From Chrysomallon squamiferum (lineage: Eukaryota; Animalia; Mollusca), in NCBI GenBank assembly GCA_012295275.1, contig CM022668.1, forward strand, positions 4,154,001 through 4,218,000: a stretch of DNA of 64,000 nt, given 5' to 3'. Position numbers and translations under genes: made by a program. This document shows positions 63,700 through 64,000 of this stretch, in pieces (within the stretch, counting starts at the first letter, position 1; every line of letters starts with the position of its first letter). The notes under the pieces were generated by a model. The model was not told the origin of the DNA. It did not search any database and saw only the letters and a program-made list of their open reading frames with translations.

Positions 63700-64000
63700 G
63701 ACAACAAATTCATGTGTTCAGTTGAACAGCATTAACAGTAGTGCTCAGCAGCATGTGATCTTGTCTGTTCCAAGCATACACTGGATAAAGAATGGTTGTC
63801 AGGTTCCTCTTTGAACCAGATACTCTTGCCACGAGTTCTAGACACTCGGTTGTCCTGGTCAAAGGACAGAGGACTCAGAATTCAGCGCTACTACTTCATG
63901 ACATAAGAAATGAAATTTGGCAACTCGGGTCAGTGGCAGATCAGATCAGTATCAATGCCAAGGAAATCAAGATGATGGTGGATACGACAGCCCAGGTGCT
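63700..64000 (+). mobile_element. Possible LTR-retrotransposon (Ty3/Gypsy-like) gag-protease remnant
   Basis: The window ends in ..ISINAKEIKMMVDTTAQV, resembling the retropepsin motif (I.ING..I...VDTGA.V). GC-richer segment. Only one motif is visible. Confidence 0.4.

Overview
AT-rich, microsatellite-rich animal (invertebrate, probably lophotrochozoan/mollusc-like; inference) genomic DNA with three 200-N scaffold gaps (3953-4152, 21297-21496, 50643-50842). Layout: (1) 1-3952, a ~101-bp satellite with higher-order structure. (2) 4.2-21.2 kb, a birth-and-death cluster of spliced fibrinogen-related (FReD/FREP, ficolin/tachylectin-5-like) genes: one nearly complete + copy, one - copy with all four FBG exons, a 3' fragment and several pseudogenes. 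(3) 21.5-63.4 kb, a cluster of caspase-8-like loci (SHG and QACQG motifs, tandem DEDs) arranged as a large inverted duplication bounded by two decayed PIF/Harbinger transposase copies. The most unusual feature is the caspase architecture DED-DED-[death domain x1-2]-[51-nt micro-exons]-caspase. It is built from symmetric phase-1 cassette exons, with duplicated p20-entry exons, a triplicated p10 terminal exon, an array of orphan linker exons and promoters carrying kB/TATA motifs. Every caspase copy carries lesions as assembled; the - copy has only two single-base deletions in homopolymers. All exon models were read by eye from GT/AG boundaries and cross-paralog comparison. No database search was run.
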